64,000 nt of DNA from Rhodobacterales bacterium (GCA_038257185.1 JBBSJO010000001.1:10665-74664); one strand, 5' to 3'; shown: positions 35,922 to 45,964, numbered from the stretch's first letter. The notes: generated from the letters alone by a model not told the origin. Made by a program: numbers and translations.

Positions 35922-38558
35922 ATGGCCGCAATGACCTCATACACCCCCAACGATCTGCGTCGCGGGCTTGCGAAACTGCGCTGGCCGTTGCGGCTGACCT
36001 GGGCGGGGATGCTGGCAGAGGCGCTGGTACAGAGCCTCTGGCCGCTGATGGCCGTGACGCTGCTGGTGCTGGCGGCGCTGATGCTGGGGTTCCAGGATAC
36101 ACTGGCAATCGAGGCGGTCTGGGCCGGGGCGGTTGTGGCCGCCATCGCGCTGCTGGCAGCACTCTTTTATGCGTTCCGTCGTTTCCGGCTGCCGACCCGC
36201 GCCGCGGCGATGCTGCGGCTGGATCAAAGCCTGCCGGGGCGGCCCATTCAGGCAATGCTAGACGATCCCGCAATCGGGTCGGGGGACGATGCTGCAATGG
36301 CCGTCTGGCGCGCGCACAAGGCGCGGATGACGGCGCAGGCGGCGAAGGCGCGCGCGGTGCCGGCCGATCTGCGTGTGGCGCGGCGCGACCCCTATGCGCT
36401 GCGCTTCGTGGCGGTACTGGCCTTTGCCGTGGCGCTTTTCTTCGGGTCGATCTGGCGTGTTGGATCGGTGGCGGAAATGGTGCCGGGCGGTACGGGGCTA
36501 GCCAATGGTCCGGTCTGGGAGGGCTGGGCCGAGCCGCCGCGCTATACCGGCAAGCCGACGCTTTACCTCAACGATCTGGCGCAGGGGCCGATGAGCCTGC
36601 CCAAGGGCACGCTGATCACCCTGCGCTTCTATGGCGAAGTGGGCGCGCTGACGCTGGCCGAGACGGTCTCGGGTCGGACGGGCGAGGTGCCGGCCGCCTC
36701 TGACCCGCAACAGGATTTCGCGGTAGTGACGGCAGGGCGCATCGCCATCGACGGCCCCGGCGGACCCAGCTGGGAGGTGACGGTGCTGCCAGACACCGCG
36801 CCGCAGGTGGAACTGCTGGGCGAGCCGGAGGTCGCGGCCCTTGGCCAGATGACCTTGCCTTACAGGGCGCAGGACGATTACGGCGTGGAGGCGGGCGAGG
36901 CGCGCATCGCGCTCGACCTCACGAAGGTCGATCGCCGCTATGGCCTGATCATCGACCCCGAACAGCGCCCCGATATCGTGGTGCCCCTGCCCACGCCGAT
37001 TTCCGGCAGTCGCGCGTCCTTCGAGGAAAACCTGATCGAGGACTTCTCCAAGCACCCCTGGGCCAACATGCCGGTGCAGATCAGCCTCAGCGTTTTGGAC
37101 GCTGCCGAACAGCAAGGCACCACGGCACCTAAACCGATGACCCTGCCGGGTCGGCGGTTTTTCGATCCCGTCGCGGCGGCGGTGATCGAGATGCGGCGCG
37201 ATCTGCTTTGGTCGCGCGCAAACATGGGTCGCATGGCGCAGGTGCTGCGTGCGGTGGCCTATCAGCCGCAGGACGTATTTCGCGCTGAGACGACCGCGAT
37301 GCGGGTCCGCAAACTGATTTCGGAGCTTGAAGTGCATGCGCGTTTCGGGATGAGCGACGAGGTGCAGGAGCAGCTTTCAGAAGACATGTGGGGCCTTGCG
37401 CTTGAACTTGAGGAAGGCGTGCTGGCCGATGCGCTCGAGCGGATGCGTCGGGCGCAGGACCGTCTGAACGAAGCGATGAAGAACGGCGCCTCCAAGGAGG
37501 AAATCGCCGAACTGATGGACGAGCTGCGCCGCGCCACCGAAGAGTACATGCAGCAGTTGCAGCGTCAGCAGGCGATGGAAAACGAGGGTCAGGAAGGCGA
37601 GCAGGGCGAACAGGGCGAGAGCATGCAGATGACGCAGGACGACCTGCAACGCATGATGGACCGCATCCAGGAGCTGATGGAGCAGGGCCGCATGGCTGAG
37701 GCCGAGCAGGCGCTGAAAGAGCTTCAGGAGATGATGGAGAACATGCGCGTCACGCAAGGTCAGCAGGGTCAGGGCGGCAAGAGCCCCGGCGAGCAGGCCA
37801 TGGAGGGGCTGTCGGAGACGCTGCGCAACCAGCAGGGGCTGTCCGATCAGGCGTTTCGGGATTTGCAGGAACAGTTCAACCCCGACGCGCAGGCGGGCGA
37901 GAACCCGGGCAACGAGGGCAGGAACGGCGGCCAGGGCCGGGGCGAAAGCCACGAGGGACAGAACGGCGAAGGACAGGGCGACGGCGACCAGCGGCAGGGC
38001 CAGAATGGTCAGCAGGGTGGTCAGGACCAGCAGCCGGGTCAGGGGCAGGACGCGCAGGGACTGGCAGAACGCCAGCAGCAGCTGCGCGACGAATTGAGCC
38101 GCCAGCAGGGACGTCTGCCGGGTCAGGGCACAGCCGAGGGCGAGGCCGCGCGCGATGCGCTCGACCGGGCGGGTCGGGCCATGGATCAGGCCGAACAGGC
38201 GCTGAGGGACCGCGATCTGGCGGAAGCGATCGACAATCAGGCGCAGGCCATGGAGGCCTTGCGAGAAGGCATCAGATCGCTGGGCGAGGCGATGGCGCAG
38301 GAAGAACAGAACCGCCAGCCCGGTCAGGGAACCGCTGAATCGAACCGACGCGCAGATAATCGCGACCCGCTGGGCCGGGAGCGCGGCGAGAATGACAGTG
38401 CGAATTCAAATGTGCCCGGAGAGGGTCGGTTCCGTCGCGGGCCAGGGGGGGTGGACACCGCGCGCCGCCTGCTGGACGAGATCCGCCGCCGCTCGGCCGA
38501 AACGGCGCGACCCGAGGTTGAACGCGACTACCTCAACCGGTTGCTTGATCGGTTCTGA
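35922..38558 (+). CDS. TIGR02302/DUF4175 family membrane-anchored coiled-coil protein
   Basis: Three N-terminal TM segments, W..PP.YTGKP, DDYG, HPWA, Q/G-rich linker, C-terminal E.DYL.RLL; follows lysA. Confidence 0.88.
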   Translation: MAAMTSYTPNDLRRGLAKLRWPLRLTWAGMLAEALVQSLWPLMAVTLLVLAALMLGFQDTLAIEAVWAGAVVAAIALLAALFYAFRRFRLPTRAAAMLRLDQSLPGRPIQAMLDDPAIGSGDDAAMAVWRAHKARMTAQAAKARAVPADLRVARRDPYALRFVAVLAFAVALFFGSIWRVGSVAEMVPGGTGLANGPVWEGWAEPPRYTGKPTLYLNDLAQGPMSLPKGTLITLRFYGEVGALTLAETVSGRTGEVPAASDPQQDFAVVTAGRIAIDGPGGPSWEVTVLPDTAPQVELLGEPEVAALGQMTLPYRAQDDYGVEAGEARIALDLTKVDRRYGLIIDPEQRPDIVVPLPTPISGSRASFEENLIEDFSKHPWANMPVQISLSVLDAAEQQGTTAPKPMTLPGRRFFDPVAAAVIEMRRDLLWSRANMGRMAQVLRAVAYQPQDVFRAETTAMRVRKLISELEVHARFGMSDEVQEQLSEDMWGLALELEEGVLADALERMRRAQDRLNEAMKNGASKEEIAELMDELRRATEEYMQQLQRQQAMENEGQEGEQGEQGESMQMTQDDLQRMMDRIQELMEQGRMAEAEQALKELQEMMENMRVTQGQQGQGGKSPGEQAMEGLSETLRNQQGLSDQAFRDLQEQFNPDAQAGENPGNEGRNGGQGRGESHEGQNGEGQGDGDQRQGQNGQQGGQDQQPGQGQDAQGLAERQQQLRDELSRQQGRLPGQGTAEGEAARDALDRAGRAMDQAEQALRDRDLAEAIDNQAQAMEALREGIRSLGEAMAQEEQNRQPGQGTAESNRRADNRDPLGRERGENDSANSNVPGEGRFRRGPGGVDTARRLLDEIRRRSAETARPEVERDYLNRLLDRF

Positions 38559-38596
38559 GGTAGCATCAAAAGGTACGGGATGTTTCCGGAAGCGCT

Positions 38597-39436
38597 TCAG
38601 CCGTCTGATTGACTGGCGATCGAATCGAGCCATTGCAGCAGGCTCTGGACCTGCCCGTCCAGCCAGAGGCGCGTCTGATCCACCCAGCCGACATAACCCG
38701 AGAGGTAGGGATCGACCTGTGGCACGGCCTTGGCGATCTGGGGCGCGTAGACATAGAGCGCCGCGAGCAGAGCCATCAGGCAAAGGACAAACAGGAAACC
38801 GTTGCGAAAGCCCTGCCTGCCGCGCGCCTTTGGGGCGGCGTCGACCGCGCCATGCACATTGTGGTTCGCACCTCCCCGGTCGCCGTCCTTGCGCAGGGTG
38901 GAGTTGATTTCCTCGATGTCGGGCAACAGGCCGCGACGGGACGTGATCGCGGCACCCGTCACGGCGGCGTCCGGCACCGGCTGACCGCGCATCCGGGCCA
39001 TGCGCTGTCTCGCCTCCCGCGAGCGGCGCGCGGCCTCGTTTTCTTCATCCTCATCGTCAAGCGCGTCGTCGTCCCAATCTGTATTGTCGAGACCAAGGTC
39101 CGGCTGGCTTTCCAGTACCTCGGACTGGCGCTTGCGCCGTGCCTCATGCTCCGCCTCTGCTTCCTGTCGCAGGATGTCGGCCACTGCCGGGTCAAGTTGG
39201 CGGCGCTGCGGCTCCTCCTCGCGGACCGGCGGAGGCGGCGGCGGGGAGACCTCATCGTCCAAGGCGGGCGCATCCAGCTCGATGCCGCTCTCATCGTCTT
39301 CATCGGACGCGTGATCGGGGTGATGCTGGAACCAGGTTTGCCCGCAATTGGAGCATTGAACGTCACGACCGGTGACCGGAACGACCTCGTCTGGGACTTC
39401 GTACTGTGCATCGCAGTTGGGGCAAGTCAGCCGCAT
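38597..39436 (-). CDS. Zinc-ribbon (MJ0042-type) single-TM protein, ZitP-like position
   Basis: CPNC...CSNC zinc finger, acidic disordered linker, one TM segment near the C-terminus; divergent from ftsE. Confidence 0.85.
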   Translation of the reverse strand: MRLTCPNCDAQYEVPDEVVPVTGRDVQCSNCGQTWFQHHPDHASDEDDESGIELDAPALDDEVSPPPPPPVREEEPQRRQLDPAVADILRQEAEAEHEARRKRQSEVLESQPDLGLDNTDWDDDALDDEDEENEAARRSREARQRMARMRGQPVPDAAVTGAAITSRRGLLPDIEEINSTLRKDGDRGGANHNVHGAVDAAPKARGRQGFRNGFLFVLCLMALLAALYVYAPQIAKAVPQVDPYLSGYVGWVDQTRLWLDGQVQSLLQWLDSIASQSDG

Positions 39437-39601
39437 TGTCTATCCTGGTCGTTGCATTCGGTGCCCATTGGAGGGTTAACGGATAGCATATGTTTTAGTT
39501 TACAACAGTAAAAGTGATATCTGGGCGGGCGGCCTTAATCTGGTGCATTGAAACCCGAGCGGTGCTGAGGCACAACAGGTCGAATTGGACGGGGTACCTT
39601 T

Positions 39602-40279
39602 GTGATCGAGCTCGAAAACGTGGCCTACAGCTATGGGGGCGGTGAATTGCTGTCCGATATTTCCCTCAAGCTGTCGGCCGGGTCGTTCCACTTCCTGACA
39701 GGGCCATCAGGCGCCGGCAAGACCACGCTGCTGAAACTCTGCTACGGAGCGCTGCTGCCCACGGCGGGACACGTGCGGCTGTTCGGCGCGGATGTGCGGG
39801 GGTTGAGCCGGGATGACATCGCCCTCGTGCGCCGCCGTGTGGGGGTCGTGCATCAGGACGTCAAGTTTCTCGACCATCTGAATGTTTCCGAGAACGTGAG
39901 CCTGCCGCTGACGGTATCGGGGCGGCAGGGCGACACGGAGGGCGGCGATCTGGATGAACTCATGTCCTGGGTCGGGCTTACCAACCGATCGGACGCGTTG
40001 CCGCCCGAGCTGTCGGGGGGCGAGCGCCAGCGTGCGGCCCTTGCCCGCGCGGTAATCATGTCCCCCGATGTGGTGCTGGCGGACGAACCCACAGGCAACA
40101 TCGACTGGGACATGTCCCAGCGGTTGCTGCGTTTGCTGATCGAGCTGAACAAGATGGGCAAGACGGTGCTTGTCGCGACCCACGACCTGAGCCTGATCCG
40201 CGCCACCAAGGCGCATGTGCAGGCGCGGGTGCTGCGCATTGCCAACCGCCGCATCCAACTGGCGGGGGCGGATCTGTGA
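39602..40279 (+). CDS. ftsE: Cell division ABC ATPase
   Basis: GPSGAGKTT, LSGGERQR, ADEPTGN; followed by ftsX. Confidence 0.93.
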   Translation: MIELENVAYSYGGGELLSDISLKLSAGSFHFLTGPSGAGKTTLLKLCYGALLPTAGHVRLFGADVRGLSRDDIALVRRRVGVVHQDVKFLDHLNVSENVSLPLTVSGRQGDTEGGDLDELMSWVGLTNRSDALPPELSGGERQRAALARAVIMSPDVVLADEPTGNIDWDMSQRLLRLLIELNKMGKTVLVATHDLSLIRATKAHVQARVLRIANRRIQLAGADL

Positions 40280-41181
40280 AACTTGATCTGAAGGTATTGC
40301 AAGCCCTGCGCGCGGGGGATCGTCAAGCTGACCGGGTGGTGCCGCCGTCAGGGTTCACTGCGCAATTGACCCTTTTCGCTGCCGCCGCCATGGCGTTTCT
40401 GGCCGTCTTCGCGCTGGCGCTGTCTTTGGCGTCGGGCCGGTTGGCGCAGCGGTGGGGGGAGGAACTCGCCCGTTCCGCCACCATCCGCATCGTCGCCCCG
40501 CTGGACCAGCGTGCGGCCCAGACGGAGGCAGCACTGCGCATTCTTGAGACCACCAAGGGTGTGGCGAGTGCCCGGGCGCTGACGGATGAAGAACAGCAGG
40601 CGCTGCTGGAACCCTGGTTCGGGCCGGACCTCGCGCTGGATCAGTTGCCCGTGCCGCGTCTGATCGAGGTGATCGAGGATGGCGAGAGGATGGACCCCGC
40701 TGGCCTGCGCCTGCGGCTTACGGCGGAAGTGCCGGGGGCGGTGCTGGACGACCACAGCCGCTGGCGGGCCCCTCTGGTGCAGGCGGCCTCGCGGTTGCGG
40801 CTTCTGGGCTGGGTTCTGATCGGGCTGATCACCGCCACGGTGGCGGCGATGATCACGCTGGCCGCCAATGCGGCCCTTGCGGCAAATGCGCAGGTCATCG
40901 CCGTGCTGCGGCTGGTGGGCGCGACCGACCGCTATATCGCGCAGGCCTTCATCCGGCGCTTTACGCTGCGGGCCCTGTCGGGGGCGGCGGCGGGGACGGT
41001 GATTGCCCTGTTTGCGGTGCTGCTTCTGCCCGGAGCGAATTCGGGTATGGGCTTTCTGACCGGGTTGCGTTTTGAGGGCTGGCACTGGCTCCTGCCGCTG
41101 CTGATCCCGCTTCTGTCGGGGCTGGTCGCTTTCGCGGCCACGGGGGCTGCCGCGCGGCGCACACTGGGGGAGCTGACCTGA
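40276..41181 (+). CDS. ftsX: Cell division permease
   Basis: Four TM segments with a large periplasmic loop, I.VLRLVGATD.YI; GTGA-coupled to ftsE. Confidence 0.9.
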   Translation: MKLDLKVLQALRAGDRQADRVVPPSGFTAQLTLFAAAAMAFLAVFALALSLASGRLAQRWGEELARSATIRIVAPLDQRAAQTEAALRILETTKGVASARALTDEEQQALLEPWFGPDLALDQLPVPRLIEVIEDGERMDPAGLRLRLTAEVPGAVLDDHSRWRAPLVQAASRLRLLGWVLIGLITATVAAMITLAANAALAANAQVIAVLRLVGATDRYIAQAFIRRFTLRALSGAAAGTVIALFAVLLLPGANSGMGFLTGLRFEGWHWLLPLLIPLLSGLVAFAATGAAARRTLGELT

Positions 41182-41915
41182 TGCTGCAATGGGTGCGCTC
41201 GATCCTCTATATCGTTCAGGTCACGGTCGCGATGCCGGTTATCGGGCTGGCCTTCGCGCCCTGGGCGATGTTCTCCAAGCAGGGCGCCTATACCGCCTGC
41301 AAGACCTATGCCGCCTGGTGCATGTGGACCGCGCGCTGGATGATCGGGTTGCGCTGCGAAGTGCGGGGCACCGTGCCGCAGGGCGAGATGCTGGTGGCGG
41401 CCAAGCACCAGTCGTTCCTCGATATCATCATGATCTTCCACGCCCTGCCGCGCGCCAAGTTCATCATGAAGCGGCAGATCCTCTGGACCCCCGTGATCGG
41501 CCAGTACACCAAGCGGATGCAAATGATCGCGGTGGACCGGGGCAAACGCGGCAAGGCAATCAACAAGATGATCGCGGACGTAGACGCAGGACGGATCGAG
41601 CCTGGTCAGATCGTGATCTATCCGCAGGGCACGCGCGTGGCACCGGGGGCCAGGCGGCCCTACAAGGTGGGCACTGCGGTGCTTTACCAGCAGCTGGGAC
41701 AGCCCTGCGTTCCGGTGGCCACCAATGCGGGCTACTTCTGGCCGCGCCGGGGGCTTTATCGCCGCCCCGGCTTGGCGGTCGTGGAATTCCTGCCGGCCAT
41801 CGCACCCGGGTTGGGCAAGGACGCCTTCGTCGCGCGGTTGGAGCAGGAGATCGAGGCGGCATCGGATCGATTGCTGGCTGAGGCAGGTTGGAGGCACGCG
41901 AATGCGGCGGATTGA
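41181..41915 (+). CDS. 1-acyl-sn-glycerol-3-phosphate acyltransferase
   Basis: KHQSFLD (HX4D) and IYPQGTR motifs. Confidence 0.92.
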   Translation: MLQWVRSILYIVQVTVAMPVIGLAFAPWAMFSKQGAYTACKTYAAWCMWTARWMIGLRCEVRGTVPQGEMLVAAKHQSFLDIIMIFHALPRAKFIMKRQILWTPVIGQYTKRMQMIAVDRGKRGKAINKMIADVDAGRIEPGQIVIYPQGTRVAPGARRPYKVGTAVLYQQLGQPCVPVATNAGYFWPRRGLYRRPGLAVVEFLPAIAPGLGKDAFVARLEQEIEAASDRLLAEAGWRHANAAD

Positions 41916-42504
41916 GGACATCGCGGCGCTTGAGGCGCTATACAGCGAGGCGTCGGACGCGGCGATCCGCAAGGTCGCCCGGCGCATCACCCCTATGTAT
42001 CATCGCTGGATCGCCGCATCGCGGTTCTGTGTCCTGAGCACGGTGGGACAGGACGGCACGGACGGCACGCCGCGCGGCGACGACGGGCCGGTCGTGGAGA
42101 TCGCCGATCCGGGCACGCTGCTGATGCCGGACTGGCAGGGCAACAACCGATTGGATTCGCTGCGCAACATCGTGACCGACGGGCGCTTGTCGCTGATGTT
42201 CATGGTACCGGGTGACAAGATTGTCGTCCGTGTAAACGGACGCGGGGCGTTGACGGATGACGCAACAATGCGCGCGCGGTTCGCGCGGGGGTCATCGCAG
42301 CCCCGGACCGTGATTGTGATCGAAGTCGATGAGGTCTATGCCCAGTGCCCCAAGGCGCTGCTGCGTTCCGGCCTCTGGACGCGCGACGACGCGTCGCTTA
42401 CACCGAGCCTTGGTGATATCCTGTCCGAAATGACCAAGGGCGAGATCGACGCGGTGGAATGGGAAACGCACTATCCGAAGCGGGCCGCGCAGACTCTGTG
42501 GTAA
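41902..42504 (+). CDS. Pyridoxamine 5'-phosphate oxidase-like FMN-binding protein
   Basis: DGTPRGD, PDWQGNNRLDSLRNI, QCPKAL.RS.LW. Confidence 0.88.
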   Translation: MRRIEDIAALEALYSEASDAAIRKVARRITPMYHRWIAASRFCVLSTVGQDGTDGTPRGDDGPVVEIADPGTLLMPDWQGNNRLDSLRNIVTDGRLSLMFMVPGDKIVVRVNGRGALTDDATMRARFARGSSQPRTVIVIEVDEVYAQCPKALLRSGLWTRDDASLTPSLGDILSEMTKGEIDAVEWETHYPKRAAQTLW

Positions 42505-42510
42505 CGACAA

Positions 42511-42533
42511 GTGGGGGGCGAACCGCCCCCCAC
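42511..42533. terminator. Perfect 10-bp hairpin between convergent genes
   Basis: GTGGGGGGCG-aac-CGCCCCCCAC. Confidence 0.65.
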
Positions 42534-42544
42534 GCAAGCATGAA

Positions 42545-43933
42545 TCACATGTGGATCGCACCGTCGCCGCAGGCGAGGGCCGCTTCGCGGACGGCTTCGG
42601 AATAGGTCGGATGTGCGTGGCAGGTCATGGCGAGATCCTGCGCCGAGGCACCGAATTCCATCGCAACGCAGACCTCGTGAATGATGTCGCCCGCCCCCGG
42701 ACCGATGATGTGGCAGCCGAGGATGCGATCGGTCTCCTTGTCGGCGAGGATCTTGACGAAGCCGTCGCCCGCGAAAATCGCTTTGGCCCGCGCGTTGCCC
42801 ATGAAGGAGAACTTGCCGACCTTGTAGGCATGGCCCTTTTCCTTCAGCGTGGCTTCGGTTTCGCCGACAGAGGCGACTTCGGGATGCGTATAGATCACGC
42901 CGGGGATCACGCCGTAGTTGACATGGCCATGCTTGCCCGCGATGACCTCGGCCGCGGCCATGCCCTCGTCCTCGGCCTTGTGCGCCAGCATCGGGCCTTC
43001 GATCACGTCGCCGATGGCGTAAATGCCCTTGATGTTGGTCTGCCAGTGGTCGTTCACGGCGATCTGGCCGCGTTTGGTCATCTCGACCCCTAGTGCGTCC
43101 AGCCCCAGATTGTCGTGGTAGGGTTTGCGCCCCGTGGCAACCAGCACCACGTCGGCTTCCAGCACATGTTCGCTGTCGTCCTTGCGCAGCTTGTAGGTGA
43201 CCTTGGCCCTGCCCTTGCCTGTCTCGGTGCCCTGCACGGCGGCGCCCATGATGAATTTCAGACCCTGCTTGGTCAGCATCTTCTGGAACGACTTCTGCAC
43301 TTCGGGGTCCATGCCGGGCGTGATCGCGTCAAGGTATTCGACTACCGTCACCTCCGTCCCGAGGCGGGCATAGACACTGCCCAGTTCGAGCCCGATGACG
43401 CCTGCGCCGATCACCACCATGGAGCGCGGCACCTTGCCCAGTTCCAGCGCCCCGGTGGAAGTGACAACGACTTTTTCATCCACCTCGACACCGGGCAGGG
43501 AGGCGGCCTCGGACCCCGTGGCGATGATGATGTTCTTCGCCTCGTGGGTGTCGTCGCCGACCTTGACCTTGCCGGCCTCGGGGATGGAGCCCCAGCCCTT
43601 GAGCCAGTCGATCTTGTTCTTCTTGAACAGGAACTCGATGCCCTTGGTATTGGTGTCGATGGTGGACTGCTTGTACGTCAGCATCTGCTTCCAGTCGACC
43701 GAAGGGCTTTTGCCCTTCAGCCCCATTTCGGCGAAGTTCGTCTCCGCCTCGTGCAGCATGTGGGAGGCGTGGAGCAACGCCTTGGAGGGGATGCAGCCGA
43801 CGTTGAGGCAGGTGCCCCCCAGCGTTTCGCGGCCCTCGACGCAGGCGGTCTTGAGGCCCAGTTGGGCACAGCGGATGGCAGCGACATAGCCGCCGGGGCC
43901 TGAGCCGATCACGATGACATCATAGCTGGACAT
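42545..43933 (-). CDS. lpdA: Dihydrolipoyl dehydrogenase (E3)
   Basis: [21 protein letters not shown] redox disulfide, HAHPT. Confidence 0.97.
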   Translation of the reverse strand: MSSYDVIVIGSGPGGYVAAIRCAQLGLKTACVEGRETLGGTCLNVGCIPSKALLHASHMLHEAETNFAEMGLKGKSPSVDWKQMLTYKQSTIDTNTKGIEFLFKKNKIDWLKGWGSIPEAGKVKVGDDTHEAKNIIIATGSEAASLPGVEVDEKVVVTSTGALELGKVPRSMVVIGAGVIGLELGSVYARLGTEVTVVEYLDAITPGMDPEVQKSFQKMLTKQGLKFIMGAAVQGTETGKGRAKVTYKLRKDDSEHVLEADVVLVATGRKPYHDNLGLDALGVEMTKRGQIAVNDHWQTNIKGIYAIGDVIEGPMLAHKAEDEGMAAAEVIAGKHGHVNYGVIPGVIYTHPEVASVGETEATLKEKGHAYKVGKFSFMGNARAKAIFAGDGFVKILADKETDRILGCHIIGPGAGDIIHEVCVAMEFGASAQDLAMTCHAHPTYSEAVREAALACGDGAIHM

Positions 43934-43995
43934 GGGGGTCTCCTTTGGGTGTTTTCGGCGTCGATCTGGCGCTGGTGCATTCGGGGGGCAAGGTA

Positions 43996-44053
43996 GGGGG
44001 GCCAGCCCCCCGGCGCAAGCGCCTCCCCCCGGAGGTTTATGGGCAAGGTGAAA
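43996..44053 (-). repeat. Diverged member of the repeat family with GC-rich hairpin
   Basis: Directly after the MAPEG stop, minus strand TTTCACCTTGCCCATAAACCTCCGGGGGGAGGCGC... Confidence 0.5.
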
Positions 44054-44449
44054 TCAGAAGAGGGCCGCGAGCAGCATCAGCGCGGTTGCCAGAAAGCCGA
44101 TCCCCCAGATGATGGAGCGGTGGGGGCGCAGGCCGAGATAATAGGCGGGCACGTAGGCGATGCGGGCACCGAGGTAGACCCATGCGCAGATCGCGGTGAA
44201 GGTGCTGTTCTGCGTGGACATCTGGATCACGCCGACGGCGATGGCAAAGAGGATCAGTCCTTCGAAGTGGTTCTCGAAAGCGCGGCCGAGGCGCGCGGTA
44301 CGGTCCGACATCGCGCGCGAGGGGTCTCGGTCGCGGGAGGACATCGTGTAACCGGGGCCGAGTTCGCGGTTGGCTGGCACGGCGTAGAGGATGAATTGGA
44401 CGACCTGCAACAGGGCGGCGAGGGTGAGGGCGGTCAGTTCCGGTGTCAT
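44054..44449 (-). CDS. MAPEG family protein 1
   Basis: R..RAFENHFEGL..FA and Y...RIAYVPAY motifs. Confidence 0.88.
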   Translation of the reverse strand: MTPELTALTLAALLQVVQFILYAVPANRELGPGYTMSSRDRDPSRAMSDRTARLGRAFENHFEGLILFAIAVGVIQMSTQNSTFTAICAWVYLGARIAYVPAYYLGLRPHRSIIWGIGFLATALMLLAALF

Positions 44450-44997
44450 AGGGTATCCACGCTGGTGATTGGTGTTCCATCCGGTACATGGCTGCAGATG
44501 TCGCGCATCTGGGCGTTGGTTACGGCGATGCAACCGTCGGTGCAGTCCCGAAGCAGGTGCAGGCACCCCAGAAGCCCCCAGCCATTCGGCTGCCCGTGAA
44601 TCATGATGTTCCCGCCGGGACTGGCGTTCTCGGCTGATGCCGCGGCGGTGTCGGTGTCGTTCGGGTAGGAGATGTGCAGGCTCAGGTAAGCGACCGAACG
44701 TGCGTTCCGCCAGTCGATCACATATGTCCCTTCCGGCGTGCGTTCATCGCCCTCGCGGACCTTGTGCCCGCTGGGTCTTGCACCGAGTGACACCTGGTAG
44801 TGACGAAGGGTTTCGCCGTCCCGTTTCAGGAACAGTTCGCGGGTGGACTTGATGACCAGAACCTCGTCTGTCTGTTCGGAGGCCGTACTCATCTCTGGTG
44901 GTGTGCCGGAGCCGGTCCGCGCCATGACGGCGGTATAGAGGGTGATGCCGCCAGCGAGAACGAGGGCTGTCGCGCCGCAGATCAGCAGCTTCATCAT
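44446..44997 (-). CDS. L,D-transpeptidase (YkuD) family protein
   Basis: K.REGD.RTPEG.Y, LHISYPN, GGNIMIHG, TDGCIAV. Confidence 0.9.
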   Translation of the reverse strand: MMKLLICGATALVLAGGITLYTAVMARTGSGTPPEMSTASEQTDEVLVIKSTRELFLKRDGETLRHYQVSLGARPSGHKVREGDERTPEGTYVIDWRNARSVAYLSLHISYPNDTDTAAASAENASPGGNIMIHGQPNGWGLLGCLHLLRDCTDGCIAVTNAQMRDICSHVPDGTPITSVDTL

Positions 44998-45260
44998 CAG
45001 GCCGTTTCGATGAAATACGCCGAGGACGACGTGACCGTGCCGCCATCGTCCGAGGCCAGCGCGTTGGAGCGGTCGATCCAGCCCTGCGCCTTGTCGCGGT
45101 CTTTGACCTCCAGCAGGATGAAGGCGTGGGTGTCGCTGTCGGCATGTGTCCAGACCTGCAGCACGGTCAGGCCCGCGTTGCGCCGTGCCTCGGCGTCGGC
45201 CTCGAAGGCGGTTTTCCAGGCGGCAAAACCTGTGACGTTCTGATGGACGATCATCTGCAT
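44997..45260 (-). CDS. Small hypothetical protein, dimeric alpha+beta barrel-like
   Basis: V..FAAWK.AF pattern; RBS AAGGAG; stop overlaps the start of the next gene. Confidence 0.75.
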   Translation of the reverse strand: MQMIVHQNVTGFAAWKTAFEADAEARRNAGLTVLQVWTHADSDTHAFILLEVKDRDKAQGWIDRSNALASDDGGTVTSSSAYFIETA

Positions 45261-45272
45261 GAAAGGGCTCCT

Positions 45273-45656
45273 TCAGAGCGCGAGAAGGTAAAGGATGGCG
45301 GTGGCGGCGAATCCCGCGAGCCAGGCGAGCGTGCGGACCGCGGGCACGCCGAGGGCGTAGACCGGCAGATAGATGATGCGGGCGATCAGGAACACCTGCG
45401 CGGCAAGCAGGGTGGTCGCATTGGTCTTGTCCTGCACCACAAGGATAAGGATCGCGGGGGCAAAGAGCGTCATGGCCACGACGGAGTTGTCGAGCGCGCG
45501 CTTGATGCGGGCGGTCATCTTTCCGACCTCGCGCGGCTCGTCGCGGGCGGACATCAGGTAACCCATGGACAGGATGCGCATGGAGCCCAGAACCTGCATC
45601 AGAATGGTGATCATGATGAGCAGGCCGTAGGCGGCGAGGATGGTGGTTTCGGTCAT
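45273..45656 (-). CDS. MAPEG family protein 2
   Basis: R.KRALDNS and F..ARIIYLP.Y motifs; RBS GGGAGA. Confidence 0.87.
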   Translation of the reverse strand: MTETTILAAYGLLIMITILMQVLGSMRILSMGYLMSARDEPREVGKMTARIKRALDNSVVAMTLFAPAILILVVQDKTNATTLLAAQVFLIARIIYLPVYALGVPAVRTLAWLAGFAATAILYLLAL

Positions 45657-45795
45657 GACTTCTCCCTTGCGACGGCTACCGTGTTACCTGGGCAGCGCGC
45701 CGTTCGATTTGAACCTAGCTGCCCCTGAGGATGAATTCCACTCGGAAAGGGCAAGACGCCGGGGTCTGCTCCGCCGCGCCCTGACGGGTGCGCGC

Positions 45796-45887
45796 GCGGC
45801 TGACCGACAGATCAGCGAAGCGGTCGCCCTGAATGGTGATGTGGTCGCGCAGCGCAGGGTCGGCACCCCCGTGTCGCCCGCCAGGAG
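45796..45887 (-). pseudogene. 3' remnant of a GntR/FadR regulator (matR-like)
   Basis: Across one frameshift: LLAGDT / GADPALRDHITIQGDRFADLSVS, resembling the FCD-domain C-terminus of MatR-type regulators; divergent from the malonate TRAP operon. Confidence 0.6.
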
Positions 45888-45954
45888 GCGTTGGGGTGGC
45901 CGATGGTCCGATACAGCACCTTTGCTCAAGGTGCAGTGCATCAGTCGTCACAGA

Positions 45955-45964
45955 TTGTATACAA
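45955..45964. promoter_or_regulatory. MatR/GntR-type operator
   Basis: Perfect palindrome TTGTATACAA, about 100 nt upstream of the TRAP binding-protein gene. Confidence 0.8.

Noticed and set aside
39471-39500. GTTAAC in the zinc-ribbon/ftsE promoter as a CtrA site
   Set aside because: Only a half site; no second TTAA at N7.
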